Made by a program: the position numbers and the translations under genes. Shown here one piece after another: positions 1-9,813 of a stretch of DNA of 64,000 nt. Origin of the DNA: an uncultured Acidobacteriota bacterium (GTDB taxonomy: Bacteria; Acidobacteriota; Thermoanaerobaculia; Multivoradales; UBA5704); assembly GCA_963761645.1 (NCBI GenBank), contig CAVXIG010000039.1, positions 2,495 to 66,494 on the forward strand, in the 5' to 3' direction. Position 1 is the first letter of the stretch. The number at the start of each line of letters is the position of its first letter. A model generated the notes under the pieces. That model had not been told where the DNA came from, ran no database searches, and saw only the letters and a list, made by a program, of their open reading frames with translations.

Positions 1-3000
1 TTGTATCTGTCGCATCGCTTTAACGGGGTCTTCTCGCTTCAGTAAATTCTGATGAAATTTACGCAAAAACTCGGAAGTCGCTTCATCCTCAATTTTCCAA
101 AGAGAACCGACAACTGCTGGCACTCCGATTGCCAAAAGAGGCCTTGCAAGGCTGGAGAGCCCCTCGCTTTGGCTTGTGCCTTCCCCAAAAGAAGAACATG
201 CTGCCAGAATAACGATGCGAGTCCTGGGCAGACTATAGCCATAAAGATCGCGCGCATAGAGAACACTCTGCCCCCCCAATTTTTGCGGGCTCAAGAGAAG
301 CATTGAAAGAAGCGGCTGGTCACTATCTATTATCGCATGACTTGCAAAGTGGATCACGTCGGAGTGACTTGAAAACTTTTTGACTCTTCCAATAGTCGCC
401 GCATTACCGACCAAGATCTTGCTGTAGTTATAAAGAGAAGCCACTTCGCGAGCCTCACGCCGGGCACCTTTGAGGGAGTCAAGACCTGGCCACAGCCTGC
501 GGTCCAAGGTGGGGTCGCCGACTGCGAGAACGCTCCTCAATTGCAGCCCCAAGACACGACTTCTCCCTAGAGACGCTATGTAAGCCACTGCACTGGACAT
601 CGTGGTGACTTGATAGTCCTGAATCAGATAGCGTTGGCGCTCTTCGTTCCACAATGCGGCAAACGGAACAGAATGGAGGGGGCCGTCAGGCACGAATACA
701 ATGCGCTCTCCCTCCCCTAGACGGTTCGAGAAGCCACTGAGCAATTGCCTCCAAAGAACACCCATCTGGCCTTGAAAGCCACCCTCTTCGTGGTGCTCCA
801 TCCTGCGCTTCAATGCCTTCACTTCGCGATCGACCTCATCTCTTGTAACTGTTAGATCAAAATCCTGAACTTCCGACCGGCGAACGAGCCATACATGCGC
901 CTTCTCCCCAAGGAAGAAGTAGTTCACAACAACCGTATCTTCAGGTATGGCAGCCTGAAATGAGAAATAAGATCTTCCGTAGCACCCCCGTTGAAATTCT
1001 GCACAAATGCGGCGTTCGATCTTAAGTACTCGGTATAGCCTAAAGCAGCACGCGAGTTTCCAGATCGCAATTGCAATGTTGTCATTAGATCGAACAAATT
1101 CCGCACGCGATCCAGGAATTGTTCTTGGAGACTTGCTTGCCGTATCTCTCTACGCTGCCTCTGAACGAGGCAAATGGCCCCAGTGAGGTCTCGCCGCGCA
1201 ATGCCTAAGTTGCCTAATCCTGCGTGTGCCTGGGCACGCTGAAAGAGTAGGTCCAGGACCTGATAATCATTATTTGTGCGCCCCCAGAGAGTTGAAGAGC
1301 AGAATTCAGCATCTCAATTGCCGCTTTCGGAGCGTGGTCTATAAGAATATTGCTTTCTGTGAGCAAGAGATCACCTGCCAACGATGAACGAGCATCTTGG
1401 TCGTTGATGTCAGCCAATTGGCTCCTTGCTTTCCTAGGACACGGTGAGCTTTTTCACTCAATCCCAACTCATTGTAAAGTTCGGATACTTTGCGAAGGCT
1501 AGCTACGATAAGAGCAGGCTGACATGCAGCCACACTCTCGGCAGTCATTTCGTCCTGAAACACAAGCGCAGCGTCAATATTGTTGCTCTGCCGCAGCAAA
1601 GCACCCGCCTCGTCCAGAATGATAAACCGCCGACGTGGATCATGAACTTGACCCAGCAATCGCAGCGCCTCCACCTCATGGTGCCAAGCCGACTCTCCAA
1701 GGTCGCGATACGAGGTCGCCATGAGACTCTCAGCAGCGGCTAAATTCTCAAAATCTCTAAACCCCACAAATAGATCTGCCGAACGACGATAAGCGTCCAA
1801 TGCCTCGACTGGTCGCACCGATACCCCGTTAATTAGGCCAATGCTCCACCAAACCATTCCTAATAGCGAAGCTGAATCCTTCGGGTCGTAATCAGTAACC
1901 AATGACTTCAAGGTAACTAAGGCTGGGCCGTATCCAGAAAACCTGCATGTCACAAATGGCAGCACGCAGTCGCGCCCAACCTCTAAAGGTACTTCCACTG
2001 CCCAAAAGCAGGCGATCTGATTCATAAAAAAGGGCACGTGCTTGGCTAAAATTGAGCCCATCCAAAAGTGACTTTCCTTGTTTATAAAGAGCATGTGCCT
2101 TAGCCAAACGATCTGTTCGGCCTGGGTAGAGGCTAGCGTTATAAATTGAAGCTACTGCCATTGAAACTGTGGGGTCTCCGCTCCTGAGAGTCAGAGCCTT
2201 ACCGATTAGTCGTGTAGCATCAAGCAACCGCTCTGCCTCACCACCCCTCCCTAGTGTCCATGCATACCCCCAGTCACCTAGCAAGTTTTCACCATACTCG
2301 CGTAGGGCTTGCGGATTTTGAGTCATGAGGTCTTTTACAACCTCCTCTTCGATCAACGGCGATTTTTTTAGTATTTTACTAATTTCCTCGCTTTTCAATC
2401 CCCCGTCCGGCCACCTAAAGTTCTTCAGGTGAGTCCTAGCCTCGTCTGCCCAAAATGAATCCGAGTCGTACCTTAGATATTTGAGCCAAGCCTTGCGGGC
2501 AATCCATACTAACGCTAGCCTTTCAAGACACAAGGCGCGATTAAAAATTGCCTCCGGCGATTCAGCATTCTTTAACGCTTTGGAAGAAGCGCTGAGGGCT
2601 CTTATAAGGTCGCCATCTCTGGACCTGGATAGATACAATGCAGACAGATCACTCCACATCCATGGCTTCGCCCCCGTAATTTCTGTCGCTCGGGTGAGGG
2701 TTTGAATTGCCAAGTCGAGTTCATTTCCGAAACTGTAGACCAAAGCCTCGTTTGAAAGGCGTTCCGCCCTTGTATCATTTCTGCTGTTCTTTCTGATCAG
2801 GGAAAGAGCTCCCTTCAGTCGCCATCGGGGGAGAGGCTTCCGAACTCGCCGCTCGGGATCAAAGCTTGCGTCCAGCCCATTCCGAACGGCCTTTCCCTCC
2901 AGCGGGCGACTCGAACCCAGCATCTCAATGAGCTGCGCCCTGGACTCGGATATCCCCGCAAGATTCCTTTCTCGTGCCTTACGAGTGCTTATCACGAGCA

Positions 3001-3076
3001 AGCTCACTATCGCCCCGACTAGCAGCAGGACAGCCACGAGCAGTTTGATTGAAAACTTGAACCGCAAGGCGGCCAC
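1..3076 (-). pseudogene. TPR-repeat CHAT-domain (caspase-like) protease with N-terminal membrane anchor; C-terminus runs off the left edge; frame broken about 4 times
   Basis: Own minus-strand translation: TM helix LLVAVLLLVGAIVSLLVI and TPR-like helices (ORFs 1892..3076, 1339..2094, 1214..1417, 924..1106). CHAT hallmarks follow: YFFLGEKAHVWLV, IVFVPDGPLHSVPFAAL, LAVGDPTLD, LKGARREA, catalytic His in VIHFASHA (337-357), Cys in IVILAACSS (196-198), SLWKIEDEAT. Frame changes near 1937, 1415, 1283 and 965; frame still open at position 1. AT-richer than the rest of the window. Confidence 0.8.
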
Positions 3077-3445
3077 CTCTATTGAATGTATACATCGACT
3101 CTAGCACAGAAGTCCTCTGCAAAAATAATGGACAAGTGCGGATATCTTTAGATGTACAGGTGCGAGCTTCGACGGTTCGCCCCTACTCAATAGACAGAAC
3201 GTCTTCACGCTTTCGCACGCGCCTCGAACGCGGTCGGCTCCTCATCGCTACCTCGATCGGGTTGCTAGCCCATTCAACCGCCGGGGTATCACAAGCCCCC
3301 TCGATCGCGTGATGCGCAGTGGCGGCGCGGCGGCTATCCTGAGGACTCGCAGGACAGCCCGGATCGGCCGTCCGAGGATAGAGAGATTCCTATAGAATCC
3401 CTCCTTCTGAAGATCCTGAGAGAAGATCCTCCGTACTAGTCTTCC

Positions 3446-4251
3446 ATGACCACCCTCCCTAATCCCCTTGGCGGCCTGCCCCCCGAGCAGTTCTTCCTCG
3501 GGCACCTGAAGCTCATCGAGGAGATCGTCTCCTTCTGCTGCCGGCGCTCCCGCTTCAGCCGGGAGGAGGCGGAAGACTTCGGGGGACATGTCAAGGTAAA
3601 GCTCATCGAGAACGACTATGCCGTCATCCGGGAATTCCGGGGGAGAAGTAGCCCCAAGACGTACCTTACGACGGTTATCAGGTAATCTCCACAAGGACTA
3701 TCGGAATCACCTCTGGAGGAAGTGGCGAGCCTCGGCCGAGGGGCTGCGGCTGGGCCCTGTGGCGTTGCGGCTGGAGGAGCTGCTCGTACAAGGAGTGGCT
3801 TTCCTTCGACGAGGCTTGCCAGATCCTGTGGACCAACGAAGGAGTAGAGTTGTCCTTGGCGGAGCTCGAGGAGATTCATAGGAAGATCCCACACCGTAGC
3901 CCCAGGCACCTCGTCGGAGAGGAGCGGCTGCAGTCCGAGCCCACCCGGGACCTGAGGCCCGATGAGCGACTCCAGGCCAAAGAGAAGCAGGGGGAGCGGC
4001 GGCGAATCACCATGGCTCTGCGGCGAGTTCTGGACACCCTGCCAAAAGAGGACCAACTCCTCGTCCGGATGCGGACGGAGTACTCGGTGGCCGATATCGC
4101 CCGGATCTGGAAGGTGGAGCAAAAGCCCCTCTACCGGCGACTGACGAAGATTTACGACAAGCTCCGCAAGGAGCTCGAGCGCCAAGGGGTGCGGCGGCAG
4201 GACGTGGATGACATCCTCGGGACTCTGGAGCCGGATTACCCCGACTTCTAG
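3446..4251 (+). CDS. ECF-type sigma-70 family factor, paralog 1, with long linker between region 2 and region 4; frame broken twice
   Basis: Region 2-like EEAEDFGGHVKVKLIENDYAVIREFRGRSSPKTYLTTVI and DYRNHLWRKW. Region 4 HTH LPKEDQLLVRMRTEYSVADIARIWKVEQKPLYRRLTKIYDKLRKEL. ORFs 3446..3685, 3618..3881 and 3850..4251 join near 3680 and 3790. Colinear with the paralog at 5916..6720. Confidence 0.8.
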
Positions 4252-4316
4252 GAAACCGGGTAATCTTCCATAGATGTCCGTCTAATTGATCGACGGGACT
4301 CGAAGCGGTTCAAGAA

Positions 4317-5317
4317 ATGCAGAAATTTGCACCAGAAGACGCAATGCCAATGACCGGGCACCCATCCGCCGAAGAGTTGGCCGCCTACATCGACGGTAAC
4401 CTCGGAAAGGAAGAGGCTGCCCGCGTCACCGCACATTTGGCCTCGTGCGAAGACTGCTACGACGTCTACTCCATGACCGCTCAGTTCCTGCTTGCGGACT
4501 GAACCCGCTCCGCCGGATGAGAACATCGTTCGGTTCCCTCCGCGCAAGCTGAGCCAGAGGCGCCGGTCCTTCATTGGATACAAGACTGCCACCCTTGCCC
4601 GGTGGCTCCCCATCGCCGCGCTTCTCCTGGTCGGCGTTGGAACCGGCTCATTCCAATTCCTGGCCCCTCCTCCAGGGCTGGTGCCGACCAAGCTGGTCCC
4701 ACCCCTCGCGGATCCGTCGAGCGTGGACGGGCGGTTGTGGCTGGGGCCGACCTACCGTGGAGAGGGGGGCGACGAGGAGGTCAAGCTCGACGAAGCAGCT
4801 TTCCGCATGGGGGTTCAGCTCGTGAATCTCCAGGCGAGCCTCAAGGCAGGTAATGCTTCGGCAGCTCAGGACGTGGTGGCGCGCATCCTCGGACTCCTCG
4901 AGCCACAGCCTTTCACCGATGATCTTCAGAAGGGCTATAAAGGGATCACGGCTGCCCTGGAGAACCACAAGCCCCCGAGCGAGCTCCTCCCCGAGGCTTC
5001 CCGGCTGGCGAAGGAGTCCCGGGAAGTGTTCGACTCCACTCCTCTCGACCTCGGCCAATGGGTGGACGCTGGCCGGCTGGCGGCCCTTCGCGCACGACCC
5101 GTCCTTCTTCCAGCGGTCGGACACCCAGAGCTTCCTCCGTCACCTCTACTGGCGCGACAAGCTGGGGCTCGGCGATACCAAGCTCGACCCGGTCTCTCGC
5201 GAGAGCCTCGACCAGATCTCCGAGATCGCGTCCAAGGGCGATCTCCAGGCGTCTGATTACGCCGAGTTGCAACGCCAGTTCGACAAAATCCTCGAAATCT
5301 ACTACCCCGAGACGTAG
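4317..5317 (+). CDS. anti-sigma factor: N-terminal zf-HC2 motif, one TM helix, extracytoplasmic domain; frame broken twice
   Basis: AEELAAYIDGNL...HLASCEDCYDVY (H-x3-C-x2-C), TM WLPIAALLLVGVGTG, located directly downstream of the sigma gene. ORFs 4317..4502, 4492..5256 and 4853..5317 join near 4497 and 5085. Confidence 0.7.
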
Positions 5318-5408
5318 AAGAGCTTGGACAGGCTCCTCGGAACCCTCGGAGGGCCGGTTGTCGCCGAGACGACGAGCCTGCGTGCCAGGACGCGCCTTCC
5401 TGAAGAAA

Positions 5409-5650
5409 GACGGCGCTGAAAATCGCTGGACGGCCATCTGTCTTGCGGAGACGGCGGCGTGGATGGAAAGACGGAGGCCCCAAACTCCAGGACGGCCGCC
5501 GGGGAAGAAAGACGGCCATTCGTCCAGCTAAAAAAGCGTCCGTCCGGCTAAGACGAGACGCCGTCCAACGAAAAACACGGCCGTCCAGCCAAAAATGAAG
5601 CCGTCCAGCCCCAAAAACCGTCCGGAAGGCGAAACCGAGGGCCGTCCAGC
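5409..5650. repeat. Repeat array A: six GACGGC-anchored units followed by seven inverted GCCGTC(CAGC) units, 20-21 bp period
   Basis: GACGGC/GACGGA at 5409, 5429, 5450, 5470, 5491, 5511. Then CCGTCC at about 5520, 5540, 5561, 5581, 5601, 5618, 5642. The polarity switch is at about 5518. A-rich tracts lie between the anchors. The array fills the anti-sigma / sigma-2 intergenic region. Confidence 0.8.
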
Positions 5651-5915
5651 CAGAAATCGCGGCGGCGAGCCTCCCGTCTCAGCTGTCCTTGGTTCTCTCG
5701 GCCAGAGAACAGGTTATCCGGAAAGGAGGAATTCCCGAAAGGCGTCCGTCTAAGTTCACATCGGGGTCAGTCTGGACTCCGTCTGGAGGCTTCTCATCCC
5801 ACAGGAGGAACGAAGGGTGGCAGCGCCCCGCAGCCTTGAACACTTCTCGGAAGGCTCCAAGTCTTTCTCCCGGAGAGGTTTGCATCCCGAGAGAGGAATC
5901 TGCGTACCGGCACCT

Positions 5916-6720
5916 ATGGCGCCTACCCCTCCCCCGTTCGATGGCCGCCCTCCCGAGGAGCTCTTCCTGGAGAACCTGCCCCTCATCGAGCAGATCATCG
6001 GCCACTGCTGCCGGCGATCCCGCCTCAGTCCCCAGGAGGGGGAGGACTTCGGGGGGACGGTCAAGCTCAAGCTCATCGAGGAGGATTACGCCGTATTCCG
6101 CCTGTACCGGGGGGATAGCGCCATGGGGACGTACCTCTCCATCGTCATCGGCCGGCTACTCCTCGACTACCAGAACCACATCTGGACCAAGTGGCGGGCT
6201 TCCGCGAAGGCGAGGCGATCTCGGTCCGGTGGCAGAACGCCTGGAGAGGCTCCTTGGACGGGAAGGCTTCAGCCTCGAGGAGGCCTGCCAGATTCTCCGG
6301 GGCGAGGGGTTGAAGATGTCCGAGTCGGAGCTCGCGGACCTTCGGGCCAGGCTCCCCCCCAAGGTCGTACGGCGCTTCGTTGGGGAAGAGATACTCCAGT
6401 TCAAGGCCTCGCACGGGTTGCGGCCAGACCAGGAGCTGGAGATGAAAGAGCGAAGCATCATCAAACAGCGGGTCCTGAGGGTCCTCGACCGAGTCCTCAA
6501 ATCGCTCCCCGTGGAGGACCTGCTCCTCGTCGGGATGCGGACGAAGTTATCGGTAGCGGATATCGCGCGGCTCCGCCGGATGGAACAGAAGCCTCTCTAT
6601 CCACGACTGAACAAGATCTACAAGAAACTGCGGACGGCGATGGAACGCGAGGGGATCCGGAAACAAGACATCGAAGACATCCTGGGGGGCTCCCTGGGGC
6701 CTGGTCTCCTGGACTTCTAG
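5916..6720 (+). CDS. ECF-type sigma-70 family factor, paralog 2 (long linker); frame broken once
   Basis: MAPTPPPFDGRPPEELFLENLPLIEQIIGHCCRRSRLSPQEGEDFGGTVKLKLIEEDYAVFRLYRG...DYQNHIWTKWRAS (frame of ORF 5817..6791), then LGPVAERLERLLGREGFSLEEACQIL...LPVEDLLLVGMRTKLSVADIARLRRMEQKPLYPRLNKIYKKLRTAM (frame of ORF 5689..6720). Join near 6218. ATG at 5916 aligns with the start of paralog 1. Confidence 0.8.
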
Positions 6721-6723
6721 AGA

Positions 6724-6920
6724 TACGGCCGCGCCTTATCCAAGCTTCTGACGGCTCATCCAAGCTTCCGACGGCCCATTTAAAGTTCTGACGGCTCATC
6801 CAAGGTTCTGACGGCCCGTTGGAAGCTTCGGACAGCCTGCCAGAGTTTCCGACAGCTCGTCAGAAGTTTCGCTGGGCTGTCGGAAGCTTGGATACGCCGT
6901 CAGAAGGTTTGGCAGGCCGA
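6724..6920. repeat. Repeat array B: about seven direct 20-bp units (consensus TCATCCAAGCTTCTGACGGC) plus two inverted units
   Basis: GACGGC/GACAGC at 6750, 6770, 6790, 6810, 6831, 6851. GCTGTCGGAAGCTTGGATA (6876-6894) and CGCCGTCAGAAGGTTTGGCAGG (6895-6916) are reverse complements of the unit. The array fills the whole gap between convergent genes ending at 6720 and 6925. Confidence 0.85.
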
Positions 6921-6924
6921 GGCG

Positions 6925-8325
6925 CTAGCCGGCGGGCTGCCGGTCGGTCTCGTAGAGAGCGGCCAGCTCTTCGACCTGCTTCAGGACCCCTTCCCTTCTC
7001 TTCTTGAGCTCTTCGGCCAGGCGTCTCCTCGTCCTCAGAAGCAGGAAGGCCCTGGCTTCGTGCCAGAAGATGGCGCGGCGGTCGTGGAAGAGGAGGGCGA
7101 TGTAGCCGGTGGGCGGGGCGAGCAGGGTGACGGCCAGGCCGAGCCAGGGATTCAGATAGTGGCCCGCCAGCCAGCCTTCGGCGATCCAGGCGAGGGGCAG
7201 GAAGAGGAAGGAGCCGAAGACTTTGTAGGTGGCCTTCTGATCCCGGTCGCGGATGACCCTCTTCACCAGCTCCCCCACCAGACGGTAGGCCGGGTAGTTG
7301 AGGACGGTCCCCACCGCCGCCAGGGGGAGGTGCACGAGCAGGCGCAGCCAGGTGTGGCCGATGAATTTCAGGACCGGCGAGGGGGGGTAGGCCGCTCCCA
7401 CCTGGTCGTCCCGGAGATCGAAGGCGCGGAGGAGCTCGTCGTACTCCTTGACGCACTGGGCGGCGGCGGCCACTTTCTCCGGGTGGCTCTGCCGCATCTC
7501 CTGATACCCCTCCAGGAAGGCGCGGCGGAAGGCGTACCCCTCGGCGAGACTCCCCCGCGTCGGCAATTCGGCGGCGCGGTGGCGGTAGAGGTCCGCGGCG
7601 CGGGCGATCAGCCGGGCGTCTTCCCAGGTCTCGTAGTTGAGGGTGACCTCTTTCAAGGCGTCGTCGATGCGGGCGGTCAGGGCGCGGGCGGCGGCGACCG
7701 GGTCCTGGGCGTCGAGGGCGATCTCCGGCGCCGGGTCGACCGGCTCCCCCACCTGCAGCAGGACGCGGGAGCGGAAGGTGTGCTTGGAGTCGAAGAGGAG
7801 GCCGACGGGGACGATCCGGATGCCGGTGCCGGGGAACCTGCGCTCGGTCTCCAGGGTGATGCGCGCGGCGCCGGTCTTCAGCGGCTTGAGCGAGGGCTCG
7901 CTGTGGCTCGTCCCCTCGGGGAAGAGGGCGAGCGAGCCCCCCTTGGCCAGCAGCTCGTGGCAGCGGGCGAAGGTGTCGGCGTTCTTGGTGAGGTCGGACC
8001 CCTCGTCCTGCCGGCGGTAGACGGGGATCGCCTGCGCCACGTCGAGGAACGGGCGGACGAACGGGTTCTTCCACAGGGTGCTCTTGGCGAGGAACCGCGG
8101 CGTCACCGGCAGCGGCCCGTACAGCAGGGCCGGATCGATCAGCCCGTTGCCGTGGTTCGCCACCAGCACCAGCGGCCGGTCCCGCGGGATGCGCTCCGCC
8201 CCGGCCACCTCGACCTCGCGGAAGAAGGCCTTGAGGATCAGGCGGACGAAGGCGCGGAGATAGCGGTCGGCGGGACGCATGGGCGCCGGGGAGACGGGCG
8301 GGTCGAGAGGCAGCTCGGCGGCCAT
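6925..8325 (-). CDS. lysophospholipid/glycerol-3-phosphate acyltransferase family protein (PlsC-like) with C-terminal membrane region
   Basis: Acyltransferase motifs VANHGNGLIDP (HX4D) and LFPEGTSH. TM segments near the C-terminus. Start taken at the ATG MAAELPLDP (8325) inside ORF 6925..8763. Intact. Confidence 0.8.
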   Translation of the reverse strand: MAAELPLDPPVSPAPMRPADRYLRAFVRLILKAFFREVEVAGAERIPRDRPLVLVANHGNGLIDPALLYGPLPVTPRFLAKSTLWKNPFVRPFLDVAQAIPVYRRQDEGSDLTKNADTFARCHELLAKGGSLALFPEGTSHSEPSLKPLKTGAARITLETERRFPGTGIRIVPVGLLFDSKHTFRSRVLLQVGEPVDPAPEIALDAQDPVAAARALTARIDDALKEVTLNYETWEDARLIARAADLYRHRAAELPTRGSLAEGYAFRRAFLEGYQEMRQSHPEKVAAAAQCVKEYDELLRAFDLRDDQVGAAYPPSPVLKFIGHTWLRLLVHLPLAAVGTVLNYPAYRLVGELVKRVIRDRDQKATYKVFGSFLFLPLAWIAEGWLAGHYLNPWLGLAVTLLAPPTGYIALLFHDRRAIFWHEARAFLLLRTRRRLAEELKKRREGVLKQVEELAALYETDRQPAG

Positions 8326-8520
8326 GATCGGTTTTTGGGCTCTCCGGCACCTGTTCCATTGAAGTGAGGCGCCCGTTGTGGCGTGGAGTCGCCGGGTACG
8401 TTGCAAGATCTTGCGCACTCTGTCAATCGGCGCTTCGAGAATTTGGGGCTGTGCTACCCTCCCTTTCAAGCAACTGGCAGCGCCGGCCGGCATGGACGGT
8501 CCGGCGACAGGAGACAATCG

Positions 8521-9078
8521 ATGGCCATCAACAACCCTGTACCCGCTAAGAAGAGCACGCTCGATACCGTGGCGAACATCGCCATCATCCTCGTCTGCGC
8601 GATCGCGGCGGTGGTGCTGGTCCGCAACCAGTTCTTCCCCAGGACGCAGCAGCCCGGGATGCCGCCGCAGGTCGAGAAGGGGGAACGGTACGACCAGCTC
8701 AAGGCGGTGGTGCCCGCCGGCAGCAACCGCGCCCTGGTGGTGGCGGTCCAGCCCGGATGCCACTTCTGCAACGAAAGCATCCCGTTCTACAAGAATCTCA
8801 TCGACCAGCGGAACCAGAAGAACTCGGACGTCAAGTTCATCGCCGCCGTCCCCGCGAACGAGAAGCCGGAGGAGGCCCAGAAGCTGGTCGCCGATGAGAC
8901 GCAGAAGTTCACCGCCGGCGGCGCCCAGCCGGACAGCATGGTGAACATCGACTTCGCCTCGATCAAGGTGCCCGGCACCCCGACCCTGCTGCTGGTGGAC
9001 AACACCGGCAAGGTCCTCGACGTCTGGGTCGGCAAGCTCGATCCCAAGGCCGAGCAGGAAGTCCTGAAGACGCTGTAG
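8521..9078 (+). CDS. membrane-anchored thioredoxin-fold thiol:disulfide oxidoreductase (TlpA/ResA-like)
   Basis: TM anchor VANIAIILVCAIAAVVLV, CxxC motif QPGCHFCNES, cis-Pro region VPGTPTLLLVD. ATG at 8521 inside ORF 8383..9078. Confidence 0.7.
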   Translation: MAINNPVPAKKSTLDTVANIAIILVCAIAAVVLVRNQFFPRTQQPGMPPQVEKGERYDQLKAVVPAGSNRALVVAVQPGCHFCNESIPFYKNLIDQRNQKNSDVKFIAAVPANEKPEEAQKLVADETQKFTAGGAQPDSMVNIDFASIKVPGTPTLLLVDNTGKVLDVWVGKLDPKAEQEVLKTL

Positions 9079-9116
9079 GAACGGCGCTCTTCAGGGCTCC
9101 TCGAATCCTCACCCCT

Positions 9117-9158
9117 GGCCCCCTCTCCACGCCGTGGCGAGGGGGATTTCGATTTTTC
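9117..9158 (+). terminator. rho-independent terminator candidate after the thioredoxin-like gene
   Basis: Stem CCCCCTC (9119-9125) pairs with GAGGGGG (9139-9145), followed by ATTTCGATTTTTCT. Confidence 0.6.
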
Positions 9159-9224
9159 TGGCACTCCTCTTGCTTCGGCAACGCCCGAGGGCAATGGCGC
9201 CTGGATGGAAAAAAGGAGTGCATC

Positions 9225-9722
9225 ATGGAGATCGATTCCCTCAGGAAGCTCTACGTGGACGAGCTCAAGGACCTTTACAGCGCTGAGAAGCAGATCCTTC
9301 AGGCCCTTCCGAAGATGATCAAGAAGGCCCAGAACGAGCAGCTCAAGAAGGCCTTCGAGGATCACCGCCAGGTGACCGAGATGCAGGTCGAGCGTCTGGA
9401 CCGCATCTTCGAGATGCTCGGCAAAGCCGCCCGCGGCAAGAAGTGCAAGGCCATGGAGGGGCTGATCGAGGAAGGCAAGGAGATGATGCAGGAGGACATG
9501 GATCCCGAGGTGATGGACGCCGCCCTGATCGGCGCCGCCCAGCGCATCGAGCACTATGAGATGGCGGGCTACGGCACGGTGCGGACCTGGGCCCAGGTCC
9601 TCGGCGAGAAGGAGCAGGCCAAGATCCTGCAGCAGACCCTCGACGAGGAGGGGGACGCGGACAAGCTGCTCACCCGGCTCGCCGAGAGCACGATCAACGT
9701 CGCGGCCGCCGTCGGGGCTTGA
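9225..9722 (+). CDS. DUF892 / YciE-YciF ferritin-like stress protein
   Basis: Intact 165-aa ORF. Family-typical LRKLYVDELKDLYSAEKQILQALPKM...AFEDHRQVTEMQVERLDRIFE...IEHYEMAGYGT. Confidence 0.8.
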   Translation: MEIDSLRKLYVDELKDLYSAEKQILQALPKMIKKAQNEQLKKAFEDHRQVTEMQVERLDRIFEMLGKAARGKKCKAMEGLIEEGKEMMQEDMDPEVMDAALIGAAQRIEHYEMAGYGTVRTWAQVLGEKEQAKILQQTLDEEGDADKLLTRLAESTINVAAAVGA

Positions 9723-9813
9723 CGCTTCTGTAGGGGCCTAAAATCTGTCAGGGGCGCCCCGGCGTGGGCGCCCTGCTGTCTTCCCAGGGTTGTGATAGCT
9801 TCACCGCCCGGCA

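Noticed and set aside
1-3076. TPR-CHAT gene as a CRISPR type III-E (Craspase-like) or other active defence effector
   Set aside because: There is no CRISPR array, cas gene or nucleotide-signal generating partner in the window. The protein has an N-terminal membrane anchor and the gene is frame-broken. Only the generic CHAT annotation is supported.
5727-5755. ECF-type promoter GGAAT...CGTCT upstream of sigma paralog 2
   Set aside because: The spacer between the -35-like and -10-like elements is about 14 nt, shorter than the 16-17 nt usual for ECF promoters. The CGTC motif is simply the ubiquitous repeat anchor in this region.
5409-6920. Repeat arrays A and B as CRISPR arrays
   Set aside because: The period is only 20-21 bp, with no alternation of a conserved repeat and unique spacers of CRISPR size. 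Polarity flips within the arrays. No cas genes are present anywhere in the window.
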